Source of the DNA: Phoronis australis
Lineage: Eukaryota > Animalia > Phoronida
NCBI GenBank assembly: GCA_002633005.1
Contig: NMRA01000339.1
Span: forward strand, 206,685 to 270,684
Direction: 5' to 3'
Length of the DNA: 64,000 bases
Positions 26,916 through 40,375 of this stretch are shown here, piece by piece. Under the pieces are notes generated by a model. It worked only from the letters and a program-made list of their open reading frames with translations, ran no database searches and was not told the origin of the DNA. The translations under genes and the position numbers were made by a program. Each line of letters opens with the position of its first letter. The stretch's first letter is position 1.

Positions 26916-27609
26916 CTTGGAAATTTTAAAATGTCGACTCTAAATGTACTTAGAATAGAAAATCGTGAATTTTAACTTAATCGTGTATAATATTTCACAA
27001 GAAGTGCATGTGGAAATTCTCAATCGAAAGAAATTTGACAGCAGCCATATTGCATTACAAAATGGCCGCCAGAGTATCAGTATAAGTGTACATGTACTTA
27101 GTTTGGGTTTTGGCATGCCAAGGAGAAGTGACATTGTTGTCAAAGCCTGAAATTTAGAGTCAATACTATTATTACTTTTTGAAACGTTGCAAACCGGGAT
27201 TTTAAAACGGAGACCATAATGAGTAAAGTTTAACCAAAGTATTGGTTTTGTTAAACTAAGGATTAAACTGATCATGTTCTGATAAAAGCGTAAAAAACTG
27301 GTACGCATGTCAATTTTGACGAGCTTGTAAAAAAGGGAATAGCTTCTCTTGGCTATCACCACAGTGACAGACTATCAACTTGGATATTACAAAGTTGACT
27401 CAGCAAGTTTGACATCGTATACTTCTGGATCAGCATGCACATTCGTAACTGCAAGCTTTAAATCTTACACCATGTGCCACAGAACGTTCACGAAAGTTCC
27501 CAGTGAGTCAGGAGTGGACTGACCCTGTTCATAGGCTAGTCTTATTATTTTGTTCTATTGTTCTGTTTGTGTTATTGATTGGCATGACCCCTGAGGTCAG
27601 CATAGTGAT

Positions 27610-28290
27610 GATGTAATTTGTTTACTGCAGAATATTGTGGAATATTCTAGTCGAATCCAGCATATGAGTGATTAATGTAATCTGGAACATTCTAGAGCCT
27701 AGTATATGTCTGTAGAATGATTGGGTAGAGTCCGGAAAGTTCTAGAATGTGCTAGAATTGGTGAAAAGTTTTCGAACAATGCATTAGTCTATAAATACAC
27801 AAGTACAGGTTTGTATTAGTGAGTTAAGCAGTTAAAGAGTTAAAAGTTGAAAGTCAGTTAGTTACAAGAGCGTTACAGTTGAGTTGCTGAAAGTGTCTCA
27901 GAAGTTTATCACTGGTCAAGGCTTCGCAGCACTGGCTGGAGCGTAGAACAGACATTACGTCGGACGTTTTGTTTGAGAAGGCTTGTGAACGTACGGTCTA
28001 GATTAATAACAGGATTACCTCGAACCAGTCTTCAGTCTATCATTGCATCGGAAGCTATTAGCACCGGTCTGTAAAAACCTGTGCACACCCACTCACGGGG
28101 AATAACGGGACACGGCAGTGAAAGTGATCAAAGCCCTGTTAAATTTCAAAATGGATACCAGCATCTCATAGTTCAACTCGTAGAAAAGTGATAGTAGTGT
28201 AAAACATACATGAATCTAATTTGTACTAAGTAGTTCGTATATTGTTTTAAAAATAACTGTAAAATAACACAGACACGGTGGGTTACAAAA
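27610..28290 (+). mobile_element. Probable solo LTR with heat-shock-element cluster and TATA box
   Basis: Repeated nGAAnnTTCnnGAAn units (27638-27777), TATAAATA at 27790-27797, GAGTT/CAGTT repeats downstream, and possible TGTAA...TTACA ends. No clear TSD, so boundaries are uncertain. Confidence 0.4.
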
Positions 28291-28799
28291 TGTAATTTCA
28301 AACCAGGAGTGAATAGGGACTTTCATATTGGTGCCCTCAACAGTAATGAGAACACGACATTGACTTGCGATTGACTCAAACTTGGTGGACAGAAATTCAT
28401 TTGCAATATAGTGGTTCATGAATATAAAATGCAGAGGAATAAATTTTAGTGTCAACCTCCTCGATTGTTTATTTAGTTTAAGTTCACTAATTTGCTTTAA
28501 CCTTCTCAAAGTGTTGGCACGTACGTTTTATCCGACTATTGTCGCTGCAGTATGATAAACACTTGACTGATTTCTGAAATCCATGGACGTTTTCTGGTGT
28601 CCTTTATTAATCAGATCAGCCAAGCAAAACAACTTTTCAGACAGGTTCAGACAATTGCCCCAAAGTCGTTCATGGTAATTTCCGCTACCGAAAAAGAACC
28701 CAAGGCCCACTCCTAGTGGCTTGTGGCTGTAGGCCATACAGTACATGTTTCAAAACCGCCAACGGCACAAACATAGGGAAATTTCCGGATTGTACTGAA

Positions 28800-28879
28800 A
28801 GCCCATCGACCCCCGCACCCCTCGACCCCCTTGATCCACCCCCTCGACCCACAACCCCCCGACCCACAACCCATGACCC
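28800..28879. repeat. Degenerate C-rich (GACCC) minisatellite running into the assembly gap
   Basis: Repeated CGACCC/GACCCACAACCC units. Confidence 0.75.
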
Positions 28880-29680
28880 NNNNNNNNNNNNNNNNNNNNN
28901 NNNNNNNNNNNNNNNNNNNNNNNNNNNNNNNNNNNNNNNNNNNNNNNNNNNNNNNNNNNNNNNNNNNNNNNNNNNNNNNNNNNNNNNNNNNNNNNNNNNN
29001 NNNNNNNNNNNNNNNNNNNNNNNNNNNNNNNNNNNNNNNNNNNNNNNNNNNNNNNNNNNNNNNNNNNNNNNNNNNNNNNNNNNNNNNNNNNNNNNNNNNN
29101 NNNNNNNNNNNNNNNNNNNNNNNNNNNNNNNNNNNNNNNNNNNNNNNNNNNNNNNNNNNNNNNNNNNNNNNNNNNNNNNNNNNNNNNNNNNNNNNNNNNN
29201 NNNNNNNNNNNNNNNNNNNNNNNNNNNNNNNNNNNNNNNNNNNNNNNNNNNNNNNNNNNNNNNNNNNNNNNNNNNNNNNNNNNNNNNNNNNNNNNNNNNN
29301 NNNNNNNNNNNNNNNNNNNNNNNNNNNNNNNNNNNNNNNNNNNNNNNNNNNNNNNNNNNNNNNNNNNNNNNNNNNNNNNNNNNNNNNNNNNNNNNNNNNN
29401 NNNNNNNNNNNNNNNNNNNNNNNNNNNNNNNNNNNNNNNNNNNNNNNNNNNNNNNNNNNNNNNNNNNNNNNNNNNNNNNNNNNNNNNNNNNNNNNNNNNN
29501 NNNNNNNNNNNNNNNNNNNNNNNNNNNNNNNNNNNNNNNNNNNNNNNNNNNNNNNNNNNNNNNNNNNNNNNNNNNNNNNNNNNNNNNNNNNNNNNNNNNN
29601 NNNNNNNNNNNNNNNNNNNNNNNNNNNNNNNNNNNNNNNNNNNNNNNNNNNNNNNNNNNNNNNNNNNNNNNNNNNNNNNN
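28880..29680. other. Assembly gap (801 N)
   Basis: Run of N. Confidence 1.
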
Positions 29681-31180
29681 NATTTGGCAATAAAGTGCTC
29701 TCTGCTTCTCATGATCAAGTAGTCGAGGGATTGATGATGAAAGCCGCGCGAAATTAAACTTTCGGATTTAGCTCGCGAGCGTCCTTCAAAAACCCGGATG
29801 TGCGAAGACCGTCTGCCATGACATCACGGAATCAGGTCCTTGAATTTGTGATTTTGGCATTCTTTTGTCATTTTTGTCGCCAAATCACCACTCGACGGCA
29901 ATTTGAAGAGATCGAATGAAACAAAGTATTCTAAGAGTTGTCCGATGCTAGTTTCGTGGAGTTCCATGCACATTTGAGTAGAATATTCTGAGCAAACAGA
30001 TTTCGAGTGTCCAACCTTTATGTTTTCTTATATATACATGTATATATTATTGAGTGACGTCATTTGCGATAAACCCAAGCGCCTGTGGTTTTTCCCAACA
30101 GCATGACATCATGAATGAACAATTGCCGCCGCAACTGAGAAAAAGCTTTATTGGTGGGAAATACATGTAATTATTGATGAGGGTTTGTCCGTTCGTTTTT
30201 AAGAGAAAGGAACTCGAGTTCGTGAATTGCGTTTCACGATAAAAGAGGTACTGCTCATAGAAAAAAGAATTTCGTCCTAGAACCACCGAGTCGACGGGCC
30301 GTGGTGAAGAAGGCCTGTGTAGCTCTCAGTCGGATTTTAATGAACTCGACATCCTTTCAACGTCTCTGAGCTGTCTCGACTTATGTTCACGGTGTTAAAT
30401 TAAGGATATTCACTCTTTGAAACAGCTTCTCAATCAAACTGCATGTACTTGAATTTATACGCTTTAGCCGACTGGCTGGACACGTATACCTGATAATGGT
30501 CTTTTGCAAGCGACTATTCGTTGTATTTGACGTGGGTGTCTAAGGTAGAAATATATGTGCACAAACGTTGAACCCAATAATGAATAGTCAATTTATGCAT
30601 ATGGCAAATAAAGACTTTAGGTCAAGATAAAGTCATCAGTGCTACGTACATGTACCTACCCGGTACAACCGATAATAATGTGGAGTCGATTCCAGAGGTG
30701 CAGTGATTTGATTCACTCATCGCACCTTTTCAACCCATTTTAGCATTTGCTACAATTGTACACTGTATATGTACACATGCAACTTGCGTGAAGTGTTTTT
30801 TAGCATTTCATTTCTACTTAATTGTGGTGTGTGAGCATGAAAGTGGTGTCGAAATTTAAGTTTTATTTCAATTGACGCCGCTCATGCACTCGCTAAAAGC
30901 CAAGGAAGGAGTTTCATAAACGTGTGCTGCAGGACGCGCGTTGACATGCAGAGCGTAGTAATGCGTCATAGGCATTAATTGACAACGTCAAATTCATTCG
31001 TGATGAGCAAACTGCCTCGTTGCGCTTCGTGATTCAACAAGAATAAATAGTTCGCGCACGCCCATGATGAAGCAAAAGAAACTGAAGTCTCGAATAAGAC
31101 ACTCCGAGTAATTACACTTCCTGGCGCAATGACGAAAATAGGATAGTGACAGCAAGGCCAACTCTTTCGTTATTGGAGAC

Positions 31181-31331
31181 ATGGATTCCATTTTGTTTCT
31201 TGCATTGGCGTCTCAGTTTCTTTTGGCAACGTTTGCAGTTGCAAAAGAATTGAAGGTACTTATTTTGCTCCCAAGTACTGACGACCCCTTCTGGAAATTT
31301 CCTTTCGGCACGGAGATGTCTGGAGCCGCTG
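31181..31331 (+). CDS. Natriuretic peptide receptor / membrane guanylyl cyclase-like, coding exon 1 (signal peptide)
   Basis: ATG in a good context (GAC ATG G). Reads MDSILFLALASQFLLATFAVA-KELKVLILLPSTDDPFWKFPFGTEMSGAA: a hydrophobic signal peptide with an AVA cleavage site. Donor G|GTAAGT, phase 1. Confidence 0.85.
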
Positions 31332-34300
31332 GTAAGTAGCCATATTTTTCAGTAAATTATCTTTGATAAAACAAAGCCAACAGCCAATGAACTTCATATT
31401 TATATTACTAAAATTGTATGTATTTTCAGTTGACGTAATATGTCAGATCGTTGACCGTCAATTTGCTGACATATGTAAATTTAGTTGCTGCCGGTACATA
31501 CGGTCTTCGACATTGCTCAAGCGATGCTCTTTTATGAACTAAAGTGGGTTTAAATATGACGTCTGTTCAACTATCGCTCTCATTGTCCGTTTGCGATACT
31601 ACTGTCAGTTTAAAAAGCGTCTGTAAAAGTGTTTACCACTTACCACAATAAATCATTATTCTTTCTTACCCAGAGGAGAATAGGAGTGAATTGTGGACTT
31701 GTGAAGAACTGACAGTTTGTTTTTCGTCATTTGATTTCATACTCGGTGCTTAACCTGACACGCGTGGTAATAATAATAAGCCGTCCTTCAAAGATCCGAG
31801 ACCGTCTCCAATTTGACTAGCGGACACATTTTTAAGTTCAAGTTTTGATTCTCGTAGACAACGATCTTTCCCTCCACCATCAAAGCACGATTCTCAAGAG
31901 CTGCATAAATTTCTCAACTCAAAAATTACACTACCACACCTCTCTGACAGGAGGATTACGTTAACAAGTGGTTCGAGCAATGTATCTCACTTATATATGT
32001 GTGAGCAAGAATGAGCTCCCAAAATACATGAAGGAAACACTGCTCGCAAAAAACAAGCTTGTTCGTGAGAAAACAATTAAGCATGGTTTGCGAGTGAGAC
32101 CCTAAATCACTACTCTGACAGTGAATGGCATACTGGTTGAACAAATCTTGTAAAATACTTTTTTCATTGTGTACTGATTCTTCCTAGCATTTTGGAATAC
32201 GGTTCATTTCAGGTTCTTTCTTTGTAAAATACCAAGTGCTGTAAAAGAACAATAATGGATCTCTGAACACAGTGATTTTACATGCATCTTGTAAAATAAT
32301 TGATTATCCAGTAAGCACAGTTGTTGTTTCTACTAATGTGCGCGCATGTACCCGAAGCCAGTTTCCGATATCGCCGACATGAACTCGTTTAACTTGTCCA
32401 CAAGGCTGACCATGTTTTATGAACCAATGCTGTAGTCATTTTATTCGCTTTTGCAATTTTTATTTAGGTCCAGTAGCAAAGGTATAATTAAAGTAATTAT
32501 CCGCCGTTGATGTCATTTTAGCATCTAAAATAAAATATATGTACGTGTACTTCAAATTGACGGCCCAATTGTTTCGACGGATGTAACACTTGAAATTCTT
32601 ACAAAAATTCCCTTTGTGTTCAAATTATGCAAGCATTCCGAAGCTTTGCTATTTCTACTCTTTATTTCAAAATGTTGGGTCCCAGAGCGTGCGTCAGTGG
32701 TTCGAAGGAAATAATTTTGTGGGAACGTTGAACTCTAAAAGTAAAGACATTCATTTTTAGGCGAAGTTTTGAGATTTGGCTGAGAATTCAGCTGTCGATG
32801 GAAAAGACGCCAGGTCCGCTCCCCAAAAGTATAGCTAGTATCTCAAACCTCAAAACAAAACCCCACCCGAACCAGCAGAAACCAAACAGTTGTTCCAAAA
32901 ATCGTAGCAAACCCTAACACTGCTATGCGAGGTGCAGTAGCAGTAGCGCCCCCCCCCCCCCCCCCCCCCCCCCCNCCCCTTGCCTCCCGGTCGGACTCCC
33001 TCACTGTAGTCTACTTTTCCACAAAAACGCCGAGCACAATATGGAACCCTACAGGTAGAGCAAGTTTTGAACGTGGAATTTCACCGTAACGTTATTATGT
33101 CATAAGATTTTAACGCTACAGGGATATCAATTAATACTAAAACGAAAACATGCGGGAAAATACGTAGAAACGCCGCTAGAGTTTGACATGTATGCTGTAA
33201 TGAAATCCCACAGGCTGCACCCCTAAACGCTATATAGGATCCGTAAAAAATCAAAGAGTCCCGTTGACCAGCCCAGATGAGCATTCTTCAGTAGTCATGA
33301 CTGTTGTGTAGTAACCTGGATTGGAGTATAGGTACCGGGTATGTGGATTTTTGGCGAGTGTGTTGAGTTTAAGGGCGCAGGTCTGAGGAACTGTACCGTG
33401 GTTGGTGTCTGCTGGTCTAACACTAGGATTTAGATCTCAGAGCTTAAATTTTGAGGCGCGTCCCGCAAACACTGCTGGTGCTTTGCAGCAAAAATAAGCT
33501 GAGTAATCCCCTCTATTTATTGTCAGCGCTGAGTGTCGAATGCCTTTCAATGCTATTCTCACAGAAATTCAATCGTGTAAATTGTCACTTTGTTAAACAC
33601 CTCTTGTTTTTATGGTGTGATTGTGATCTGAATGGCGCCTACGGCTTCATCCTTATTTTAACTTTTTTACATTTCGATCCACCGATTTACCGCTGAATAT
33701 GTCACATGATGAAATGTAAGTAATCCTCATGAAAGTCATTTTCCGATCACCACTCATTTCTCTGCATGATTTGCTTATTGCCACGCGCTCGAACACTGTT
33801 AGACACACAGTATTCAATTAAATGCCGCAATTTGCTTGCAGTCCCACGAGGAGCCCTTCTGCTAAATTGAGAAACAGTTCATCATGTTAAATTGTATGCG
33901 GTTACGTACAGCGTGCTAACGATAAATAGAATGTCAATCAATCCTGGCAATTAAATGAACTCATCATCAGTGAATAACCATGAAGAAGGCACTACATTGT
34001 AAAACTTTGAGTGCGTCGGCAGCAAATTTTCGTTCAAGCAAGTGCTATTGAACTCTACCCTGACCTCTGCTAATTGCAGCTTCTTGGGCGTTCTCTCTTG
34101 ATCTCGGAATGGCACACGCTCCTGTAGGCACGGAATGCAACAACAGTCTCACGAGAAATATATTGTCACAAAGTACATGTCAACCAAATATGACAGCTAA
34201 GATTCAATTTGAATATTTGTATTCCATTGCTGAGATGTCAAGTCTCTTTTTATTGAAAAATCAAAGCATTTGCATTGCTAAAACTGTTATCACATGTGCA

Positions 34301-35109
34301 AGAGTTTGGGGACGAGTAACCACAAAGAAGTACAATATTTTTAAGTGAAAATAACTAATGAGCAACGCAAAGCGCTGAAAAACAAGCACTATGCTTAGAG
34401 GGGTGTTTATTAGTGTCACGTACTGTACATGTATTAAAGAAAAGAGGTTTTGTGGGCGGAGCATACAATGTACATGTACACTGTAGGTATACAGGCCCTG
34501 GGAAGGCAAAAGTTTTTTTTTAGGGGGGGGGGGGNGGGGGGGGGGGGGAGGCACAAATCATATCAACTTCGCCGAACTACCCCTTTCCTATCGCGACCAC
34601 GTCCGTCCCGGCCCCAACCCGGATGCGGCCACATTTGAACCGAACCCCTCACGTCCGCCATAGGTGTGGGGGTGCAACTGATCATCAAGGATGCAGCCAT
34701 GAGCGTTTGAGTAACCTTGAACCAACATGGTTTCACAGAGAGTTAAAGAATGGGTCTAGGGGCAGCGCACTGACGGGTCGGTGGGAGCTGCCTCAAGTAA
34801 TATGTAGCTGAGATCCAACAGTGTGGAAATACGAAATTCGATGAACTAAAGCTAGTCGCTGATCAGCTCACATATAATTCACTTTAGGCGGGCAGCTTAG
34901 CTCCTACTGTACCTCGTATCCGTCTGCACTGGTTCTAAAGTCAAGATTCGTTTTATTATTATCCAGTTTCGGGAAAAGTTCATTTTATTATGGTCATTCT
35001 TTGAAGGAATTTTTTTTGTAAAGGTGAGGTCCCTGGTACAGTGCCTTTGGGGCTGTTTCAAAATCACTTGTTGAAACGCGGCCGGTAGTCCAGTTTCTGG
35101 TGGCTGGGG

Positions 35110-35380
35110 AAAATGATATATAAATTGTGTCCCAAAAATATTACACACTACAACACCTGGAGTTCAAATTCAGTTCCCGGGATCACTGAGATTCTGCGCA
35201 GGTCTTCTGCATGGTTGCACCTTAATTTTAACGTGGATGCGTTAGTCGTGTCTTGCTCCGTCTGTGTAGTATGCACGGGAAATGCAAGCAAACGATTCAG
35301 TTTTGAAGAACAAAAATTCATTGCGCAATACTACTGGAAACTAAAAACCTCAAGGAAGTGCAAAGACAACCTTTCCGTGT
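35110..35380 (+). mobile_element. Tc1/mariner-like 5' fragment with HTH remnant
   Basis: KRFSFEEQKFIAQYYWK then a frameshifted ..KEVQRQ. The nucleotide sequence resembles the MITE at 49199-49605. Confidence 0.5.
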
Positions 35381-37588
35381 TAATGAGCAATGGGTTTAAT
35401 TTCATTCATTTAAAAGGTTCCTGAAGTACAATAACATGCATTTTTAATGTAATTTAATTGATGAATAAAGTCTATATAAGAAATCACATGTTTGTTACTC
35501 TTTCACGTTTTTGTAAAAAAGCTTTTTTCCAATGTTAATTCCTATTGGCTAACGCGCATCTGACGTCACTGAGGCTGTACCGTGGGTGAAGGCAATAAGG
35601 TAAATCAAGCTTATTATGTACATGTAGCTCACTGGGTGAATGCCTCTCGGCTACAGAACTGTGCTTAATGTGTGCAATTCGTCTGCGATCTCGGCTGTCA
35701 AAAGTTCATAATACAAGTTTACTGCCGTGTAGCGCTGACTACTAGTGGAACAATGTCGTTCTCGGCACGGGCCAGTAAGCTTCGGAAAGGGCCCCGACTG
35801 CGTAGCCTTGCCTTGGTGCAATTTTTCTCAAGTGATATACAATTCTTAGAAAAAAAGGTAAAAATAGAGCGACAGCTGTCTCCGTTATCCTTTGCCAGAG
35901 AGGGGCCTCTGGAAATATTTTTTTGCATTCGCAAAATTGTCTTTTTGAATTTACAATTTTCTCAATTTTTCGAAATACATGTATAAATGATTTTGTGCAT
36001 GTTTTCAAGTGCGTTTTGACGACCTGAAAAACGGAGTCCCCGCTAAACAATATTTTGGCCAGTGCCCTCAAAAGGTAAACCATGCACTGATACTGAGTTG
36101 TCATATGAATTTCCTCTTTTATCCGTATTCGCAGTCTTTTGTTTTCTCGACTGTCCCCGGCCCCACGCCTATGTCGGTTATGACGGTTTAACCCTGGCGC
36201 CTGCAAAATTTCGGGGGAAACGTGCCCCCCCCCGCCCGGCCCCCTCGCTTCCTCCGGTCCTGAGGTAGAATCTGTTTTAAACAAGACAGTAGACAATAGT
36301 TTTTTTTGCAAAAGTTCGTGAACATACATTACAGAACTTGGTACATAAAGAGCAATAGAAAAAGAAAACCTTTATTGCCACAAGGAAAAGCCCGTATAGT
36401 CGGACTCGTCCTAAAATCAATGTCCAGCGTACGCTCCTCAACAGAAACATATAAAATATGGAAATCTAACATGGAACTTGGTACATGTAGATTTCCTTGC
36501 ACGGCCAAATTTGCCACTGGTTGGGGACACAATGGATGGATCCGTTCAAAACTCGTCAGGCGTGATCATCTCATAAGAATCACATATGTAAACCTTTATG
36601 ATGAAACTGTAAGCCATGCTTTTGCGGAAGGAGAGGTACCATAGTTCTACGCCTAAAATCGTACTAGAAATAATGGCCAGTAGGAGGCGCAAAATACCGA
36701 TAATCGGAAAGTTACGCCGGTGTGTTTTCGGTAGGTCAAGTATGAGAAATTTTCTTGACATGGAGCAAACCATACACATTAAAAATTGATTTCTATGGAG
36801 CGACGGATAGGCGCGTGGAAAACACAAAGGGATTCTCTGTGTGTTTCCACGCGTTAATCCGCCACAAGAGAACTAAAACAACGCTCCCCGTCATGCAAGA
36901 ACAACAGCCATTAAAATTTTGATACAAGGCCGACATAACTAAAGTAAGCATTTTATACATGGATCTTAAAGTAATACAATTTGTGGTTTGGCGCCCCCAA
37001 ACTTCGATTTTGGCGCCAATGTAACCTTCTTTCAGGGGGCTAAGTGCCACTGATAGTTCGACGTTTGCGACTACCCACGAGAAACTAGCTTGTCGCATGG
37101 AGATCGGTGGATTGGCGTGTCCATCCCATACGAAAATATTCAATAGGATCCTATAGGAATTTCGATATGAATATCGATTTTCTATAGGATTCATATAGGA
37201 TCAAGATTTACTATATGAATTCCTATAGGAATATTGATTTTCTATAGGATCAAGATTTCCTATAGGAATTCCTATAGGAATACCGATTTCTTACAAGATT
37301 CTTATAGGATCAAGATTTCCTATAGGACATTTTTCAGAAATCTGATTTCTAAACATTTTAACAAACAAATAGCCTAAGAGTATGTTGTGAGATATCGGTT
37401 TGTTTTATCTACTTTCAGTTCTTCTCAGTCATTAGTTTTGTAAAGTATAATATTCAGGCGAGTCTTAATATGTTAATTGCTTCGTCATTTTGGTATTTCC
37501 TATATTAAATCATATACTCGTTGTACTTGTTTCATTACCAGAAATAATTTCCTTTAAAAATTAGACTTAATATTATCTATGACCTGCA

Positions 37589-39308
37589 TACACAAAACGT
37601 ACCGAGAGTGGCGTTGATGAAGTAATATCCCACGAGACATTATTCCGCGTATCAACCGAGACTGAATTTTGTATTTATTCCATACGCATCGAATTACTAA
37701 GTTTCTTTCATTTTTTCCCCAGATTTTTCAAATACTTCACTCAGACTGTTCACGTGGCGAATCACAGCCTATATCTATGTACTCGCACGTCAGGTTGCCA
37801 GCTTTCGCTAGTAAAAGAAAAAAAATTAAATGTAACGATTTATTATTTGAAAATAGATAACAAAGATGAAAGTAACGGTAACTGTGCATGGAACTTGTAA
37901 CATTGCCTGAAAATAGTCAAATAACAACAATATTTCATATTGTAGTTACCGAGGAATCGGCGCCTGAGTTCAGTTGCAGACGACATAATATTAGCAATTG
38001 AAAACTGAGACAGAACTGTCATATACATGTACCCGGTAATTAACAGTCCTGTTCTGGATGTTACGACTGAGACCTGATTCTATGTTAAATGTTAATCACA
38101 CTGTTGAAATTCTATTACTTTAAACTATTTTCCGAATGTTTGATGATCGAACAAGCTATCGACGTTGAGTCGACATTGACCTGCCTTTTGAACTTTCCAT
38201 GTCAGAGATCGCTGTTGATGTAGTGCAGGAGGTGAATACGGAAAACATTATTACACGGCCATTTTTCCCTTGACTGTTTCAACACGTATGGGATAAATAC
38301 ACAAAACGTATCGAGAGTACCGTACATGAAATAATATACCACGAGACAGTATTCCGCGTATCGACCTCGACCGAAATTCTTGAGTTTCTTTTGTTTTGTT
38401 TTCTTTCGGCATTTTTGGAAAACTTCACCCTGACAGTTTACGTGTCGAATCACCGCCTGTTGTGTATGTACGTGCGCGTTGTGTTACTAAATCACTATAG
38501 TAACGGTTTATTACTTGAAATTGATAAAAAGTGTCAAAACGACAGTTATTGTGCATTGAACTTGTATCATATTTCGAAAATAAATAAATAACAAGGATAT
38601 TTGTAATATTATAAAATCCTCATCGGGTAGCTGCACTCATTCATGAATCTTGGACATTGACCGGAGTGCGTAGCCTACACGTCGTCTGTTTTCACAAAGA
38701 TGTTAAAAGTGCCAGCGTTGATGACAGCTCCGGCGAATATGCCTGTTGTAGCGTTGTTGCAGGTACGTTATCGCATTTCTACGGATTCTGTAGCCTTGGT
38801 ACAAAGCTGTATACTAAATATACGACGGTCTGTTCATACAGCTAGCTGGCTGACTACGGATTTTGTAGCATGGATAGGTTCACGTGTTGCGGGGACTGTC
38901 GTCGTTGCTGCTCGTGTAATACTGTCGCCGATAGTATCGGGTGCTGTCATGGCCAGTGACAACAATGCTTGATATTGGCGAGGAATCGGTGCCTGGGTTG
39001 CATACGATATAATATATAGAAATTGAAAACTGAGACAGAACTGTCGTATAGTAACAGTCCTGTTCCAGATGTTACGATTGAGACCTGGTTGCATGTTGAG
39101 TGGTATTTACATTGCTACAATTGTATTACTTTAAACCATTTTCCGAAAGTTTGATGATCTAACCGGCTAACGACGTCGAGTCGAAATTGACTTACCTTTA
39201 GAACCTTCAATGTCAGAGGTCACTGTTGAAGTAGTGCGGGAGATGAATAAGGAAATATTATTACACGGCCGTATTTCCCTCGACAGATTCAACGCGTACG
39301 GGATAAAT
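37589..39308. mobile_element. Head-to-tail dimer of a Crypton-like non-autonomous repeat (copy A 37589-38297, copy B 38298-39308)
   Basis: Both copies start TACACAAAACGTA..GAA(G/A)TAATAT(C/A)CCACGAGACA and end TTCAAC(A/G)CGTA(T/C)GGGATAAA, with subterminal inverted TATCCCA/TGGGATA. Copy B carries a minus-strand peptide ending GIFAGAVINAGTFNIFV. The superfamily assignment is inference. Confidence 0.6.
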
Positions 39309-39719
39309 TGTTTTACGTATTGTGTAAAAAACACATTTTGGAACGTAAAGCACCTCCAATAAGAAATTATATAGGATCCAGAATGATAGCCTATAGAGTA
39401 TTCTATAAGATCCTATTGAGTTTCCTATAACATACTTGTGATTGAGCCTATAGAATCCTGTTGAACTTCCTATACAAACATATTAACCATCCTAAAACAT
39501 CCTACTGATCTTCTTTTAGAATCCTATCGAAAATGCTATAGAATACTCTCAGAATATTTTGAAAGGCTTTCACACCAATTATATACATGTACCAACTCTG
39601 CTAATTCTAATGCAAAAAATCTTTAAAGACGATACTTCATATTGTTTATATTCTTCATTATTCTATGTAAAATGCTTGTATTTAGAAACCTATAGCGACT
39701 CCAGTAAGAAATTATAAAA

Positions 39720-40375
39720 CTTCCTATAGGATCCTATTGAACATCCTGTAGACTCCTATTGAATGTCCTATATGATCCTATTAGACTTCCTATAGAATCC
39801 TATTGAACTTCTTATAGAATCCTATTGAAGTTTCTATAGAATCCTATTGAACTTCCTGTAGGATCCTATTGAAATTCCAATCCTATTGAACTTCCTATTG
39901 GTTCCTTTTGAAATTCCAATCCAATTGTACATCCTATAGGATCCTATTGAACTTCTTGTAAGATCCTACTGAAGTTCCTATAGGATCTTATTGAACGACC
40001 TATAGAATCCTATTGACCTTCCTGTAGGATCCTACTGAGCTTCCTATAGAATGCTGTTCAACTTCCTATAGGATCCTATTAAATTATAGACTCCTATTGA
40101 ATTGCCTATTGGATTTCTTAAAATTCTTATAAGAATTCCTATAGGTTTCCTATATAAAATCTTTTAGGAAATCCTATAGGATCCTATTGGATTTCCCTAG
40201 GACCCTATTCCTGTTGGATCTATTCCTATTCGATCCTATAGAACATCCTATGGGAAATCCTATTGGAATGCAATAGGAAACCAATCGGATTTCCTATAGG
40301 ACCCTATTCCTATTAGATCCTATAGGAAATCCTACAGGAAATCCTGTTGGAATGCAATAGGAAATCCTATTGGAA
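39720..40375. repeat. ~21-bp tandem repeat (AATCCTATTGAACTTCCTATAG) minisatellite
   Basis: Many imperfect copies read directly; forms the subterminal array of the EnSpm-like element. Confidence 0.9.

Noticed and set aside
28713-29757. Four 300+ aa ORFs in the ORF track
   Set aside because: Artefacts of translating through the 801-N gap.
32468-32481. 14-nt micro-exon (GPVAK) after exon 1
   Set aside because: Weak GTATAA donor; exon 1 already splices in phase to 42631, giving the conserved GAA-ALIAIDEIN helix.
35544-35605. Intronic alternative promoter (ATTGG box, TGACGTCA CRE, GTAAAT donor)
   Set aside because: Short motifs expected by chance, and only ~30 nt between the CRE and the donor.
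39720-40375. CRISPR-like array
   Set aside because: Contiguous degenerate tandem repeats without unique spacers, in a eukaryotic context, inside transposon TIRs.
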